From assembly GCF_009914755.1 (NCBI RefSeq), contig NC_060941.1: a DNA stretch of 64,000 bases; one strand, given 5' to 3'. The DNA is from the human T2T-CHM13v2.0 reference genome, Homo sapiens. The notes under the pieces were generated by a model. It was not told the DNA's origin. It saw only the letters and a program-made list of their open reading frames with translations, and searched no databases. A program made the position numbers and the translations under genes. Of the stretch, positions 29,574-48,665 are shown piece after piece (the stretch's first letter is position 1; every line of letters begins with the position of its first letter).

Positions 29574-30000
29574 TGGCTTACCTTGAGTGCTTTCAGGAAG
29601 CAGAGCCTGAAACAAAGGCTTGTGTAGGGTAGTTTATTTGGGGGTGTGATCCCAGTGAGTGGAGAACTGAGAAAGTGTACCAGGAAGGAGAGGAAGACAG
29701 TCCAAAGGCTATTGAGCTGGTTACAACCATGGAACACGGGATCTCAATCCTGCTGGGAACATGTGAAGGTACCCTGACGTTGTCTGCCTGGGATGCTGAA
29801 CTGGGGGGCGTTGATCCCCTGAGTCCCCTACCCTTTGGATGGGAGGTGGTTAAATCCATCACTCCAGATTAGCCTATGTGATGGAATGGCGGAGCAGGCT
29901 CCACAGCAGAGCAAAAAGCTGCAGGGCAGAAAGCACCAGGTGCAGCTGAGAGGTGAGTTGCTCTCCAGATACACCTATATGGAGTCATCCAGCTGCTATA
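29574..30000 (-). mobile_element. LTR16-family (ERVL) LTR
   Basis: gaagcagagcctgaaacaaaggcttgtgtagggtagtttatttgggggtgtgatcccag...gctgctata. Confidence 0.7.
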
Positions 30001-30078
30001 GTCATGTCCAAAGCAAAAATGAAGGACAAGAGGATGTGAGATGGAGCATAAAAAGTGATCAGTACACTCATGCATTAG

Positions 30079-32630
<2,552 letters not shown>

Positions 32631-35600
32631 TCTAAGAACTTTTGCCTCTCTGAAATTGTTTCTAGATCTAAAGAACCATTTTAAGTGAACTCTCAGAGAT
32701 TTCAGAGGTAGGTGATTGCCTGAAGAATAGTTTTACTTTGAAAATTTGAATCTGTTTGAGAAAATTATAAATTCTAAATAATAAAGCAAATCCATCAGTC
32801 TTTCCTGAGACAGAATCATCTGGGATCAATCAGTACATGAGTATTTCTGGAGATACTTAAAGGAAATTGAAAATAATTTATCCCAATAATATATCATTCT
32901 ATGTTTATCTTTTGTTGTCTTGAATAATATTATTTTGTTATGTTGAAATAATTGTCACTCATGCTCACTTGAGTTGCATTTGATATCTTGAATAGAAATG
33001 TTTATCTGAGACTCAATGATATACTCAACAAACTGATGATGACATATTCATGAAATACCCACATGATATGTGTCCTATGATATTCAATAATATACTCATC
33101 ATATAGTCAGTCTACTGATGATATTCTCCTGAATACTTACTTGATATGTATCATTTGATGTAATGAATTGTTCTTTGAAGGACAATGGCATCTTTCCATT
33201 GCATGACTTTTATAGGCACAGTATCATGTTTGCGGAGTTGAGTCTGTAGCTTAAGTCATGCTATGTAGCTGCAAAGTTCCTGTTGATGAACATACAGAGT
33301 TTGGATGGTGATGATTCATCTTCCATGCACAAATGTTCACAGGAAAGGTAGGAAGATGGAAACGTAACTGAAGGTAAGAGGTTGTGGTTGGAACTAGAGT
33401 TGGGCATCATTTTTTGAGGGAAAAAAAAAAAGGATATCCACAAAGAAGCCTGAGCCTAGAAGGATATCTACATTGACAAGAGGAAAAGAAACAACAACAA
33501 CAGCAGCAGCACAAGTGATTAAACGGGAGCAGTCAGAAGTGGGAGAAGAACCAGGGGAGTAGAAAAGACCAGGGTGGTCAACAGAGAGAAACAATGGAAA
33601 AGGCTAAATATGTGAGAATCATTCTCTAGATTACAGGATAGTAAGTCACCTGGTAACTTTAGAGAGAACCTTTTCAATTATACCTTTGATAGAGAACTTA
33701 ATATATATCAGAACCTATAATACATATTTCACATGTATTATCTTATTAATACTTAACATTATGAGCTAGATATTATTTGCATCTCACAGATGAGGAAACG
33801 GTGGCTTAGAAGTATTAAGCAACTTGCCTAAGGTCAAATAGAAAGTCAATTGCAAGCTGGATTTCAAATGCAACCTCACTATAAAGGAGAAAGGAGGAGA
33901 GAGCAGGTGACGAAGAAAACAAAAGCAGTGTGGGTAGGCACATGAGAGACCCAGAACCTACCTACGAACAAGGAAGTGTCAGAGAAGGAAGCTTGGAAGC
34001 TGTATCTAGGGGTGAGAGTGGTGCCCTTTTCTCTGGGAGCCCTGCTGAGGTGACAGCTGAGGACACTCAGAGCTGCATCTGGCCTGGTGCTTATGGGTTG
34101 TCCCACGTAACCCACTCTGCTTCTCTTTCATGCGCTGACTTTCTGTACAAAGAAAGATCCTTGGGGATGTATGAAACTGAAACACAGAGTTATGTTCTGA
34201 GAGTGAACAGGATTGTTTTTGGACTGCCAGAGTTAATTGGTCATCCATAAGAAGATGCAAAATTCTATTTTGTTTACAGAATATAGTGGCTTGGCAAAGC
34301 ATAATGGCATCAACAGAAATATGTCCTAGCTGAATCAACCAGCCTTGTGTCCTCCATATGTTGAGAGTACATATGGTGAAACTGCATTTAATTGGGCCCC
34401 ATTGCTTTGAAATTTGTGAAGGTCTGGTCAGGAGCTCAGCTGAAGCTTAGCTTTGCTCTATTTATGGGACCAAAAAGAGTTGGTAAGTTATTTGTTTATG
34501 TAAACAGGGATCAGTGTGTTCTATCTTCTTAAGAACATACATGATTCTCAAAAACTGAACAATAGCCATGCACCTGCAGATCGTGAGTGATGTCAACTAT
34601 AAATGATTTTTTGCCTCTTGTTAAAGCAGGCTTTAAAGACTTTCTTGGCAATTCTTGATGAGCTAACGGCACTTGTCACCCTCTATATTTAAAAGAATTA
34701 AATAATTATTTAATGCAATAATTTAGTAATTATTTGATAGTTATAAAATAATTTAATAATTATAGAACCATCTTTAAAAATATTCTATGATCCCAATAGG
34801 CCTCCTCAATCTTGGTCTGAGTTAGTGAGTGAAGTTTTATTCCTTTTATTCTATTGGTCCTCAGCAGTGTCTACCCTGAGTTTTTTCTTTCTTTCTTCTT
34901 CCCTTTTTTCCTCTTTCTTTTCCTTCATAAGAAACAAGTTCATTTGGGGCCTATATTTAACAGTCTACCCAATCTGTATATTTTAACACTCGAGATCCTA
35001 AGTAGTAAAATGGAATAATATTTCATGTTTGTATCAAGATTGCTCACTTTCAAACCACATAATTATCTTGTGAAGCATTTATATTCTTCCCACTGATAGG
35101 AAGAGTTGAGCAAACATAGAAACAAGTATCAGAACAGAAATCATGAAACTTGGCCATTCTTTTGCTTCTCCTACTCATCTGGCTGTGCTTTCACTAGTGG
35201 GGGAAACCATAGGCGTAGCTCCTACAGCTTTGGGGGATTCATAAAAAAGGAGCTCTGCACCAGGGTACAAAATAAGCTAAAGGTTGTGTTTGGTCTGGGA
35301 TCCTTTGGTTTAATTTTATGCCACTGGATAAACATGTTAGTGAGATTCATTTATTTGTGCCTTGCAAAGAAGTATAAAATCTTGCCTGGCCATAAAAATT
35401 TGGCTGGAGTTCCCACCACATAAATTTACCATTCCATTTCGCCATTGTTTCTGCCCATCATGGATCCACAACAAAAGAGGGCCTGACCTCATCCCCCAAA
35501 GGTATTATTTTGTTCATAGTGCAGCTTTCACATTGGGCCAGAAAGAAACTATTTATCAGCTCGTGACTCAGACCTCTTAGGTTAACACCCCTCTCAGATT

Positions 35601-36286
35601 CTATGATTTCAGAGTTGGTTTGGGAGTAAATACATCAGCCTAGGATTATTTGACATCGTTTTCTGTGCTTGGTTAGCAGAAGTCCATTGAGTCAGGCTTT
35701 TGTCACCCACCTACATAGTAACAATGGAAGTTATTTATGGTATGGATTTTATGGGTCAACACTTTTGAAGATAACTGTAAATGCCAGGACTGTGCCTCCT
35801 TGGGCTGTGAGTTCTGTAGCTGAGCAGCCACAGTTGGGGATGGGGGACGCGTGAATGTGTAAGTCAGTGCTAAAGACAACCACTTTGTTTACAAAGCTCC
35901 AGCACTTTCCAAATGTCTGCAGTATTCTACCTGTCAGTCAGCTCCACTATCTGCTAAGTCAGATAACTGATGGGAAGGAAGGAATGAAATGAGGCCTCTT
36001 GAAAAAGAGAGATTATTCAGATTAAGAGTTTCAAAGCAATAGGTTGGAAACAGGCAAAAATGAATCACGTGGAGAGTCAAAATGAATAGAAGTGGAAGAT
36101 TGTGGGCTCAGGGTTAAGCCCCTGCACTGGGCCTTCTGTTAATAAACGTTAAGGGGAAATGCAAGACCCAAGAGGGACAAAAGGAGAGTGCAGAAACATC
36201 CTCTGCTTATCTGGATAAATGGTTCCTTTCACATTTTCTTTGTGGGTGGCTTTCTGAAAGCCATAGAAAACCATGTTCTCCCCACC

Positions 36287-36715
<429 letters not shown>

Positions 36716-37039
36716 TAAGGGTCAGCTTATGAAGAAACCAAACCAAGAGCCTCATCAGATATCTAATCAAACATCATATCTAGTTGATTCCTTCTCTTTA
36801 CATCTCAGTTCTATCCCCTCTTCCCTCAGTCCACTGTCAATCATCTCTCACTGGACCATTAACTATTCTGCTTACTATTTTTCTGCCTTTTATCTTACCT
36901 TTATCTTTATTTAATTATTGTAGAGTGATCAGAGCATTTTTTCTAGTATATAAATCTGGTCATGCCATTCCCTCACTCAAAATTCCTTACTAGTTTCATA
37001 CTGGCCAAAAGATTAAAAACTCCATAGCATGGCATAAAA

Positions 37040-37547
37040 TCATTCTACTATGAAGACACATGCACACATATGTTTATTGCAGCACTGTTTACAATAGCGA
37101 AGACTTGGAACCAACCCAAATGCCCATCAGTTATAGACTGGATAAAGAAAATGTGGCACATATACACCATGGAATACTATGCAGCCATAAAAAAGAATGA
37201 GTTCATGTCCTTGCAGAGACATGGATGAAGCTGGAAACCATCATTCTCAGCAAGCTAACACAGGAACAGAAAACCAAATGCCACATGTTCTCACTCATAA
37301 GTGGGAGTTGAACAATGAGAATGCATGGACACAGGGAGGGGAACATCACACACCGGGGCCTGTTGGGGGGTGGGGAACAAGGGGAAGGAGAGCATTAAGA
37401 GAAATGTGTAAGGCATGCGGGGCTTAATACCTAGATGATGGTTTCATAGGTGCAGCAAACCATCATGGCACATGTATACCTGTGTAACAAACCTGCACAT
37501 TCTGCACATGTATCCCAGAACTTAAAGTAAAATAAATAAACAAAAAA
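37040..37547 (+). mobile_element. L1PA (PA7/8-like) 3' end inserted in an L2
   Basis: ORF2 C-terminal and 3' UTR sequence (gacttggaaccaacccaaatgcccatc...gtatcccagaacttaaagtaaaat). Confidence 0.93.
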
Positions 37548-37559
37548 TACTATCCCGTC

Positions 37560-37985
37560 TTTATCTCCTGTCATGCCTACCTGAATATCCAATTACCTAG
37601 TCATGTATGGTTCTCTGAAAACAATTATCTACATATTGTTACATGCTTTTCCATTTTCCTTTAATATCCAGTCATCAAAGTACCTACCTAGTAAAAATTC
37701 TACTCATCTTTCAAGTTTCAACTCAAGCATTACCTCCTCTGTGTTGCCTACCCTGATCCTCCCAACAAATTCTATTTTGTTGCTTCTATTATTTCTTAAT
37801 CATGTATTCATTACAGCAGTGATCACATTTCATTACAGTTGTTTTGTTTGCACATCTCTATTTGTATTAGTCTGTGAGATCCGTGAGAAAAGAAACTATG
37901 TTTACTCTTTTCTGCACCTTCATCCTCTGGCATAGGCCCTAAGCACATATTTGTAGCTCAAGGGATGCTTTTTGAATGAAGAAAG
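37560..37985 (+). mobile_element. L2 3' end
   Basis: tcaactcaagcattacctcctctgtg...tgtgagatccgtgagaaaagaaactatg...tgaatgaa. Confidence 0.6.
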
Positions 37986-39401
37986 CATTTTAGGAAGTCA
38001 GGAATGGCACCGTCAAATGAAAGAGGGGGATGAAAGAGGTGTGTTCTGTGGTTACAGAACAAAGCCATACTGCAACAATATATACTATAAGGAACCAATG
38101 ATGACCTATAGGTTTTTGAACATAGTATGGTGGTGCTATTGGGATGGGCAGTGGGGAGAAAATAGGTAAGTATGGAAAAGACATAGGTTTTAGGAGAAGG
38201 ATAACTTTAAATTTTTGGTGAGATATTGGTATGGAGATATGCCTCAAGATGTTGGACACGTAGGGACAGAACAAGTGCACAAAATCAGAGCTTGAGAAGT
38301 GGATTTGAAAAGGACCTACCTGGAGGTGAAGGTGGGACCCATGAGAACAGAGTACATTAATAAGGGAAGGAGGAGAGAGAGGGTAGGTAAACATTAAAGA
38401 AAAGAGCCTTTATGGAATATGTAATTTTACATGGTGGGAAAAAGCAAAGGAATCCCATGAAGGAGAGAGATCTTCTGGAAAGGCAAGCATAAAATGGAGA
38501 TAGTGTTCACATTGAGAAATCAAAGGAGGAAAAAAAAAACCCTGAACAATATGAAGATGGTTAACAGCTGCAAATACAAGAGGACAAGTAGATTAAGGAC
38601 CAAAGAAAAATTGTTGCGTTTGGTAATTAGGCAGTCACTAGTGCTTAAAAGCTGAATTATTGCAGAAGCAGAAATATTATTTATTAGTGACTTCAAGTGG
38701 ACTGCAAGATGGGAAAAATAGGGGTGGTGAGCTACCATGTGCTTTTACAGTGTGAGCTTTCAGCAGTGGAGTAAGTCTTGCTGCTGATCATACCCACAGG
38801 GTAATGGTTGGGGGAGCAGCACTGAAGTTGAAGTTGGGGCGATTGGGGAACCAAGAGACCAGAGCACCAACGTTCCAGCGATGAAGGCAAAAGAAAAGCT
38901 GTCTCCCTGGGGCTGAGCATGGTGGAGAGAGGGCTGGTGCGCCTTGTGCATGTAGGGTTGAAACAGTAGGGTGGGCTGATGTAGGTCAAACAGTGGTTCC
39001 TACAGCTACTTTCTCCGTTGCAAACAGAATGGCCCCCCTTTTATTGGAGTGGTCTTTCTAAAAAGCAGTTCTGACCATTTCCCAACCAATACTAACTATT
39101 TGGGGGAGAAACAAATTCCATATATTTGCATTCTTCTATAAACAGTGGACAGTTCTTAATCACTTGATCCGCACTGCTCATGATGTTCAAATTATGATTG
39201 CCTTCCACCCTAACCTTTATCTTTGCCAAACTGAAAGGCACTATCCTCATGTTTCCATTTCCATATGGCAGCCCCCAACCTCCATTTTACCACTTTTCAT
39301 GTTTCTTTCAAGTTACATCTTCCTTCTTTATATGTGGTAGCCAGGGTCATGCAGAATGTTACAGCTGCCGGTGCATAATAGTCATAAAAAAGGAGAACAC
39401 G

Positions 39402-39966
<565 letters not shown>

Positions 39967-40186
39967 TTATCTGTTCATAATTTAGATTTTAATGTTGCTG
40001 TGAAATGGAAGACATCATTCCTGCCTCCTGGGACTAAATGCTGGAAGAAGACATCTGTTTACAGAATTGTCCTGGGCGTGCTGTATAAATTCATGTTTAA
40101 ATAATAATTTCAGGCGAACTGTGAGGAAGACAGGGAAAAGGAACAGGCCCCAATATGTCTTTCTTTCCTAAGAGAACCCCCTACTC

Positions 40187-40401
40187 CAGGGGTTTCCCGA
40201 CTTCAGCACTGTGGCATTTTAGGCTGGATAAATCTTTGGGGAAGGGGAGGCTGTTCTTGTGCATTTTCAGATGTTTATCAGTATCCCTGACCTCCACCCA
40301 GGGCATCATCCACCCTAGCCCCTAGTTGTGACAAATGAAAATGTCTCCGGACATTGAAAAATATCCTCTGTTGGGGCAAAATCACTCCCAGTATAGCACT
40401 G
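40187..40401 (-). mobile_element. MER20 (hAT-Charlie)
   Basis: tagttgtgacaaatgaaaatgtctccggacattg...ggggcaaaatcactccc. Confidence 0.8.
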
Positions 40402-40412
40402 CTGCTCTGCAC

Positions 40413-40567
40413 TAAAGTTTCTCAAATGTTGATGTGCACAGGAATCATCTGGAGACCTTGTTCAAATGCGAATTCGGATTCAGTAGGCCCAGGGTGGGGC
40501 CTGAGAGTTTGCCTTTCCAGAAAACTCTCTAGTTGTGCCCATTGCTGCTGCTCCAAGGAGCACTTTC
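40413..40567 (-). mobile_element. MER5-family (hAT-Charlie)
   Basis: gaatcatctggagaccttgttcaaatgcgaattcggattcagtaggcccagggtggggcctgagag. Confidence 0.8.
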
Positions 40568-41899
40568 TGGGTGGCTGGGTTTTGACACTGCCTGCCTTTT
40601 CTCCCTTCTGCACACTCTGCCACCACACAGGATGGAGGCCGGATGATGGCAGGGATGCTACCAGGGCCTCCCGTTGTATCAACATGGACATCCACCAAGC
40701 AGGGACCCTCCGACCTCATGTTCCATTCTCCACATTCTCAGTTGGAGGGGCATAGAGCAGTTGGGAGTAAATTAATGAGACGCATCTCAACCTCATTGTT
40801 AATGCCTCCAAGGTCACGAAGAAAGCCCTGGGCATCTAGAGATTGGAGAGGCTGGGAGGAGCTCACACATCAGCCAAGGCAGCTGTGACTCAGTCCACTG
40901 GGTGCAGTTCAGAGGGTACAGCAGCTAATGGGACCAGATGGTCTGTGCCTTGTTTGTGGGCACGTGCCTCCCCCACCCCCTATCCTCAGTCAGTGATTTC
41001 CTTATTTGTTCCTTCCCTCCAGAAACAGAATAGCCATTTTTAAATGAAATGTGACGGAAGGCTCTCTTTCTTCCCAGTCTGTGTTCCATTGAGCTTTAGA
41101 TGTCCCTATGTGGAATCATGGAACTTTCTTTAAAGGTCCTAGCAGCCACCTGTATTTGGAAGCCAAGTAAGGTCGTGATTTGGAGCAAAATGAAAATATA
41201 TGTACCTCTACTCCAACACCTTAAATTGGGATTCTTAGGCAGGGCATTATCTCCCAATAAATGCAGGTAATTACTGGAGGTGTCATGTATTAGCACTTTA
41301 CTATTCACATGAGAGTGAAGCCCTTTATTAAAACCACCTCAGAGAGGCCAACTGAGAGCACTTTATTCCAGGCTTCTGCAACCTAAACTTGAGTGAGTGG
41401 ACAGAGCCAATGGGCTATTTGCAGGTCCATCTATCCTCAGCCCCGAAGTAACTGAGCAGGGCTTAAGTTTGTTATCCTGAGAAGCTGTTCCATCAAACTG
41501 AAGTCGTATTCCGAAAACTGTCCCCTCGTGGTATCACATGCTACTTCCTTGAGAATCCTCCCTTTACCTTGTACATAGGTCTCCATTGTTTCCTCACTTG
41601 TACTTTTTTCTTTATCTAGCAGAACCATTTGACGATTGGGTCCTGATGGGAAAAAAATACAATTTACTTGGTTCAAGAGATTATGGGAATAAATGAAGGA
41701 TGTGGTTTCTAGAAACCAGCCAGGTGGGAAGCCATTACCACCCCCAGGCCTGATGGAAGGACAAGGGGAGGTCATAGCATTTCCAGAGCTCAGTTAGAGC
41801 TCAAGCCATGGCAGAACAAAACAACTGCCAAAAATATATCAAATAAAGATAAAACACACTGATCTCTGCTTTTCTTCATTCTTCAGTTACCTACAGGTA

Positions 41900-42035
41900 C
41901 CTTCTATTGGGAGAACTCAATTGAAAACTGGCTGGAAAGGGAACCGATGAGCTTGAATCCACATCGGCCAGCCTCTTGGGGTCCCCATCTGGGATAGAAA
42001 GGCAGATGGTGGGTCTGATGAGTTAGACAGAAGGG
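41900..42035 (-). mobile_element. Possible LTR33-like ERVL LTR end
   Basis: ctggaaagggaaccgatgagcttgaatccacatcggccagcctc...gggtctgatgagttagacagaag; weak similarity. Confidence 0.35.
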
Positions 42036-42180
42036 GGAATGCCGAGAATCATCAACAGATAATCCTTTTATTCCCATGATAATCTGCCTAATGATTAAGA
42101 CACCCTGCCATTTGCACTTAATAGCAAAGAACATCTGAGATCAAAACACAGATATACAATAAACCATGTAGATCAAGGAC

Positions 42181-42223
42181 CAACATGGCGGATGAGACCA
42201 AAATGGCTAATGCCATCTGTTGG
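42181..42223. promoter_or_regulatory. YY1 x2 plus CTCF-like motif cluster
   Basis: CAACATGGCGG (42181), CAAAATGGCT (42199), CCAACAGATGGCAT on minus (42223-42210). Confidence 0.3.
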
Positions 42224-43153
42224 TAGTAGGCAGAAAGAATGGTCCAAATCTGCCTTGTAATAAGATTCTTAGGTGATCTGTGTGTTTACCAAAGTGTGAG
42301 AGGCACTGGTGCAAAGTTAGTTGTATGTAGAGAAGTTTCTGTACAAAGATAAGACCAGCAAATGAGGCATGCATTGTAGAATTAGCTTAATGAGCAAACC
42401 ATTGACAATTTCCCATCTTCCGTGTTGATGCAAACTCCACTGTCAGTGTGCTTAGAGAACCAAGCACCAGTCCAGGCAATCCACAAAGCATAAGTTAGAA
42501 GCAGCATGCAGGCTGCCCAAACCCTGGCTCCACTGGCCTATGTGAAGGCAGCTGCCTTCAGGTAGTCCCCTCCAGAGACTCTCCATTGGTCTCTCTCACT
42601 TGCATGAAACCAGGTCCCAGAGCTGCTGTTTAGCAGATGCAATTACTCTCTCCCCAGTCACAGCAAAATAGTTCCCTCTACGCACTTTGGCTGGAACATC
42701 TTATTTAAAGTTCACACCCAAGGAGATGAGGGTGTTAATGACTAATTTCCTCTAAATGAGCCCAAGAACTGGGAAGCCTCCTCCCTTGACTGACAGCTGT
42801 GGAGGAGTCACACTCCATCTGCTTGGCCTCTGCTGGCCCTAATGCTGTGTCTGGGTGGAGGACCACTGTGGGTGAGCCGCCAACAGGACAGCATCTCTCC
42901 TGTCATTCAGCTGTGTGGCACACCAGCCCTCCCCTCTATAACCAGGGGCCTGTGGTATCCCCTTAAGTTGCACAGCAAAGTCTCTGCTGGCTGAGTTGAG
43001 GTCTGATGTTAATATTTTTCCTTTCCTCTAAAGCCATGTGAGGATCTACCTGGTAGCCAAAGAAGGGCATTGGCGAGGTCAGGGGTGAACAACCCAGCAC
43101 TCACTCCCATTTGCTGTTGCTCTGCTGTCCTATAAGAAACAAAGATGGCAAGA

Positions 43154-43534
<381 letters not shown>

Positions 43535-44592
43535 TTATGACTTTTTGTCATTTAATTTCTAAGTTACCCCTCCCATCAAAATGTACCCTATTTCTAAAAT
43601 AGAATATTTCTAATTATGAAAAGAATACCTGCCCATTAAGGAAACTTTGGAAAACACAGAAGAGTATAAAATGACTCATATTACATCCCAAAAAATGCCT
43701 AGAGAGCAACCGATGTGTCTCCTCCTCCCCTTCCCCAGGTGTATCCCCTCCTTTATTCTACAAAGATGGAATCACATTATGGAGTAATTACAAACCTTTT
43801 GTTCACTTAACGTTATTTCATGAGAATTTCCCATGGCATTAAACTGTTCTTCAAAAGATAGCATCAAGTGACTGTGTGGCATCTACCCTTTGGATGTAAC
43901 ATAATTTATGCAGCCTTTCCTCTGTTGATCACATTTAGCTTGATTCTAGTTTTACACTATTATAATTAATACTGGATGATAATCGCTGCACATAAATCTA
44001 CTCTGTCTGTAATTATTTCCCTTGGATAGATTGCTACAAGTCGAATTACTAAGCCAAAGGGTGTGCGTGTTTGAAGACTCTTAGTATATATCACTATATT
44101 GTCCTGAAAAGACACTGTCCCACTTTATGTCTTCTTTTCTGAATTGCCTGTTAATGTCCATGGCCTGGTTTGTCTTCCCCTAAGGAAGTTCATCTCTTCT
44201 TATTTGGAAGAGCTTTTTAAATATATGCTAAAAATATTAACTTTTAAATTTTTAATTACGGTAAAATATACATAACATAAAATTTACCATTTTATCCATT
44301 TTTAAGTATACAGTTTACTGATGTTAAGTATCTCCACACTGTTGTGCAAACAATCTCCAGAACTTATTTATCTTTTAAAACTAACGCTCTGTGCCCATTA
44401 GACAACAGCTCCCCATTCGCTTCTCCCCACAGCTCCTGGTAACCACTCTTCTGCTTTCTTTCTCTATGAACTCAGCTACTAGTCTAGGTACCTCATATAA
44501 ATGGAGCCATACAGTATTTGTCTTTTTGTGGCTTCTCTCACTTAGAGTAATGCCATTAAGTTTCATCCATGTTGTAGTACTTGACAGGATTC

Positions 44593-44884
<292 letters not shown>

Positions 44885-44893
44885 AGAATTTCC

Positions 44894-45185
44894 TTTTTTT
44901 TTTTTTAAAGAATACGTCTCACTCTGTTGTCCAGGCTGGAGTGCAGTGGCGGCGGGCATGATTTTGGCTCACTGCAACCTCTGCTTTCTCGGGCCCAGGT
45001 GATTCTCCAGCTTCAGCATCCCAAGTAGCTGGGACTACAGATGCCTGGCAAATTTTTGTATTTTTCTAGAGACAGGGTTTCACCATGTTGCCTAGGCTGG
45101 TCTCGAACTCCTGAGCTCAAAGCAATCTGCCCACCTTGGCCTCCCAAAGTGTTGGGATTACAGGGGTGAGCTACCACACCCAGCC
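44894..45185 (-). mobile_element. Alu (AluJ)
   Basis: ctcctgagctcaaagcaatc; strongly decayed. Confidence 0.88.
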
Positions 45186-46063
45186 CAGAGTTTTCTTTCT
45201 TTTTCAGGCAGAATATTATTCCATGTGATGTACATACCACATTTTATTTATCCATTCATTCATTGATGGACACTTGGCTTTCTTCTCCATTTTGGCTATT
45301 GAGAATAATGCTTCTGTGAACATGGGTGTACATTCATGGTGATTTTTGACATATAGGCTTCTAAAAATTTTTGTGAAATCTGACCTATGTGTCCTCTTTT
45401 TTGTTGCTTGCTTCCTTGCTGTCATGTTTAAGCATGTCTTGCTCACCCACAATTAGAAAAAGCACTTTTTAAAATTGTCTTCTATCATCTCATTTTTTCT
45501 TATTAAATTTAAGGCTATAACTAAACCATATTTTCTTAAATAGTGTGTGCTTTACTCAGAATATATTTGTTTGCAAGGAATGCAAACCCAGTCAAAATAC
45601 TGCAGACAAAAGGAAGCTTCTTCAACAATACATCTCATGGCTGCAGAGTCAGCTGGGCCTTCCAGGAGCAAATATACCATTGGGCAAGCTATGTCCCTCT
45701 CTGGCCTCTCTCTCTGCATCAACTCTCTTCTCTCTGGACCAGGTTTTTTGGCTTGCACACAGTTTGGGAGTTCACAGAACTCTGGATTGCGTGTGACTTT
45801 GAAGTGTCTTGACAGGGACTCCAGCTCTAATTCTACATGATTTTAAATGGTGCAAATACTCTGACAAGAGTATTTCAAACTCTTAGTTTATAATCTGGAG
45901 AGGGAGAGAAAGAAAAAACAAACTGGTTCACCCTTGTCCACGGATTGGTTTTCTTTGTGTCTGCTCTTTGTTTTGGGCCCAAACAGTTCTCACCGGGAAG
46001 TGGGAGAGGGTCATGTGATACAAGCAACAGCAACAAAAAACAAACAAGAATCTCCAGGCCTAC

Positions 46064-47040
<977 letters not shown>

Positions 47041-48365
47041 AATCTCCAGGCCCACACCTTTCCCAGGAAATTAATGTGGAGCTTCCAAAAGGGTATATGG
47101 GGTGGCAGGCACCCTAACATGTCTGTAAAAGAAACTGTTGAGGTCACTCTTGTTTTTCTCAAACAGAACACCAGTACTCCTTTTTCTCTTTGTTTTCTTT
47201 TTCCCCCACTGATTTGAATGTCGTCTTTATCATATTCTCATTCCTTAAGTTTACTATGATCTTTTTTCCTGTTTTTTTTTTGTGTGTGTGTTCCATTTAT
47301 CTATTCTTATGTCAGTGCTATACTGGTTTAATTATCATAGCCTTACGTCATATCTAGTACAAGTTCTCCTTTATTAAATCTTTTTTCAAAATGTCTTGTC
47401 TCTTCCCTACGTTAGTTTTTTTTTCCAGATAGATTTTGGATTCAATTATTCTGCTTTTTAGTTCATATATACATTGTTTTCATTAGACTTGTTTTAGAAC
47501 TGCTAGTAAATTAGTCTGAGGAGAATTTACACTTTCACAATATCTAATGTGTGTACTATTGCCATGCATTTTTAAATAAAAATAAATTGAATTACATTTA
47601 ATAATTTAGAAAATTTTTAGGGCATCGTGGAACCTAGGAACTTGATCCACTTTGTCACCAATGGAAATATAAAGTTAATCTCACCCAGCTCCCTACTGAG
47701 TGAGTGAATATTGTCTCTCATGCATGTCCGTGGACTGTAACTCCAAGTGAGTGAAAAGCTGAGGTAATTAAGTGGGTAACTTAGGGGTAGGCATTGACTT
47801 GGAGGCAAAAGCAGTTTTAGATGTTTTGCTTACCCAGTTGATGGGGCCTTGTGGCTGGTTAACAACCATTCAGCACTTCCCTATGTGTGGATAAAACATG
47901 AACATTCCAGGGCTCAGAGCTTCAATTCATTAAAATGTGAATATGGGTATTTGTTAATTAATTCAATGAACAATTAATGAGCACACACCATGTGCCAGGC
48001 ACTGTGCTCGCTGCAGGGTGGCAATAAAGGTGGGACTTGGTCCTTGCTGCACAGTAAGTAGTATTACATGTGCTCACCAATAATAACAACAGAGGCGGAA
48101 TTCTATCGGTACCATAAAGCACTGTGCTGTGGAAACTCAGAGATGGGGTCAGCTCACAGCCATCCAGATTCAGGGGACCTTTTTCCTCTCTGTTTCATGG
48201 AGGGAACAGACTACAAGCCATAGCCATTTGATCAACCGAGGGGTTTTCCAGGCCCAGGATCAGGTGTTTTTTGACATATTATTCTTTTCATTTTCTCATC
48301 ATTAAGCATGATGCACTTTCTCATCATTAAGATCTCCATTCCTGGGTTCATATTCCTGGGCCTAG

Positions 48366-48665
48366 TTTTTCTTTTAGAGACAGAATCTCAGTCTCACTCT
48401 GTCACCCAGGCTGGAGTACAGAGGCATGATCATAGCTTACTGCAGTCTCAAATTCCTGGGCTCAAGCAATCCTCCTGCCCAAGCCTCCTGAGTAGCTGGG
48501 ACTACAGGCACGTATCACAACACTCAGCTAATTTCTTTAAGTTTTGTAGAGACAGGAGCTCACTATGTTGTCCAAGCAGGTCTCAAACTCCTGGCCTCAA
48601 GTGATCTACCTGCCTCAGCCTCCCAAAGCATTGAGATTAACAGGCCTGAGTCACTGTGCCTGGCC
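48366..48665 (-). mobile_element. Alu (AluJ)
   Basis: gatcatagcttactgcagtctcaaattcctgggctcaagcaatcctcc (J-type diagnostics). Confidence 0.92.

Noticed and set aside
33036-33132. Box C/D snoRNA-like (ATGATGA ... CTGA)
   Set aside because: No terminal stem, and the boxes are explained by a TGAT-rich degenerate repeat. An Rfam/snoscan hit would overturn this.
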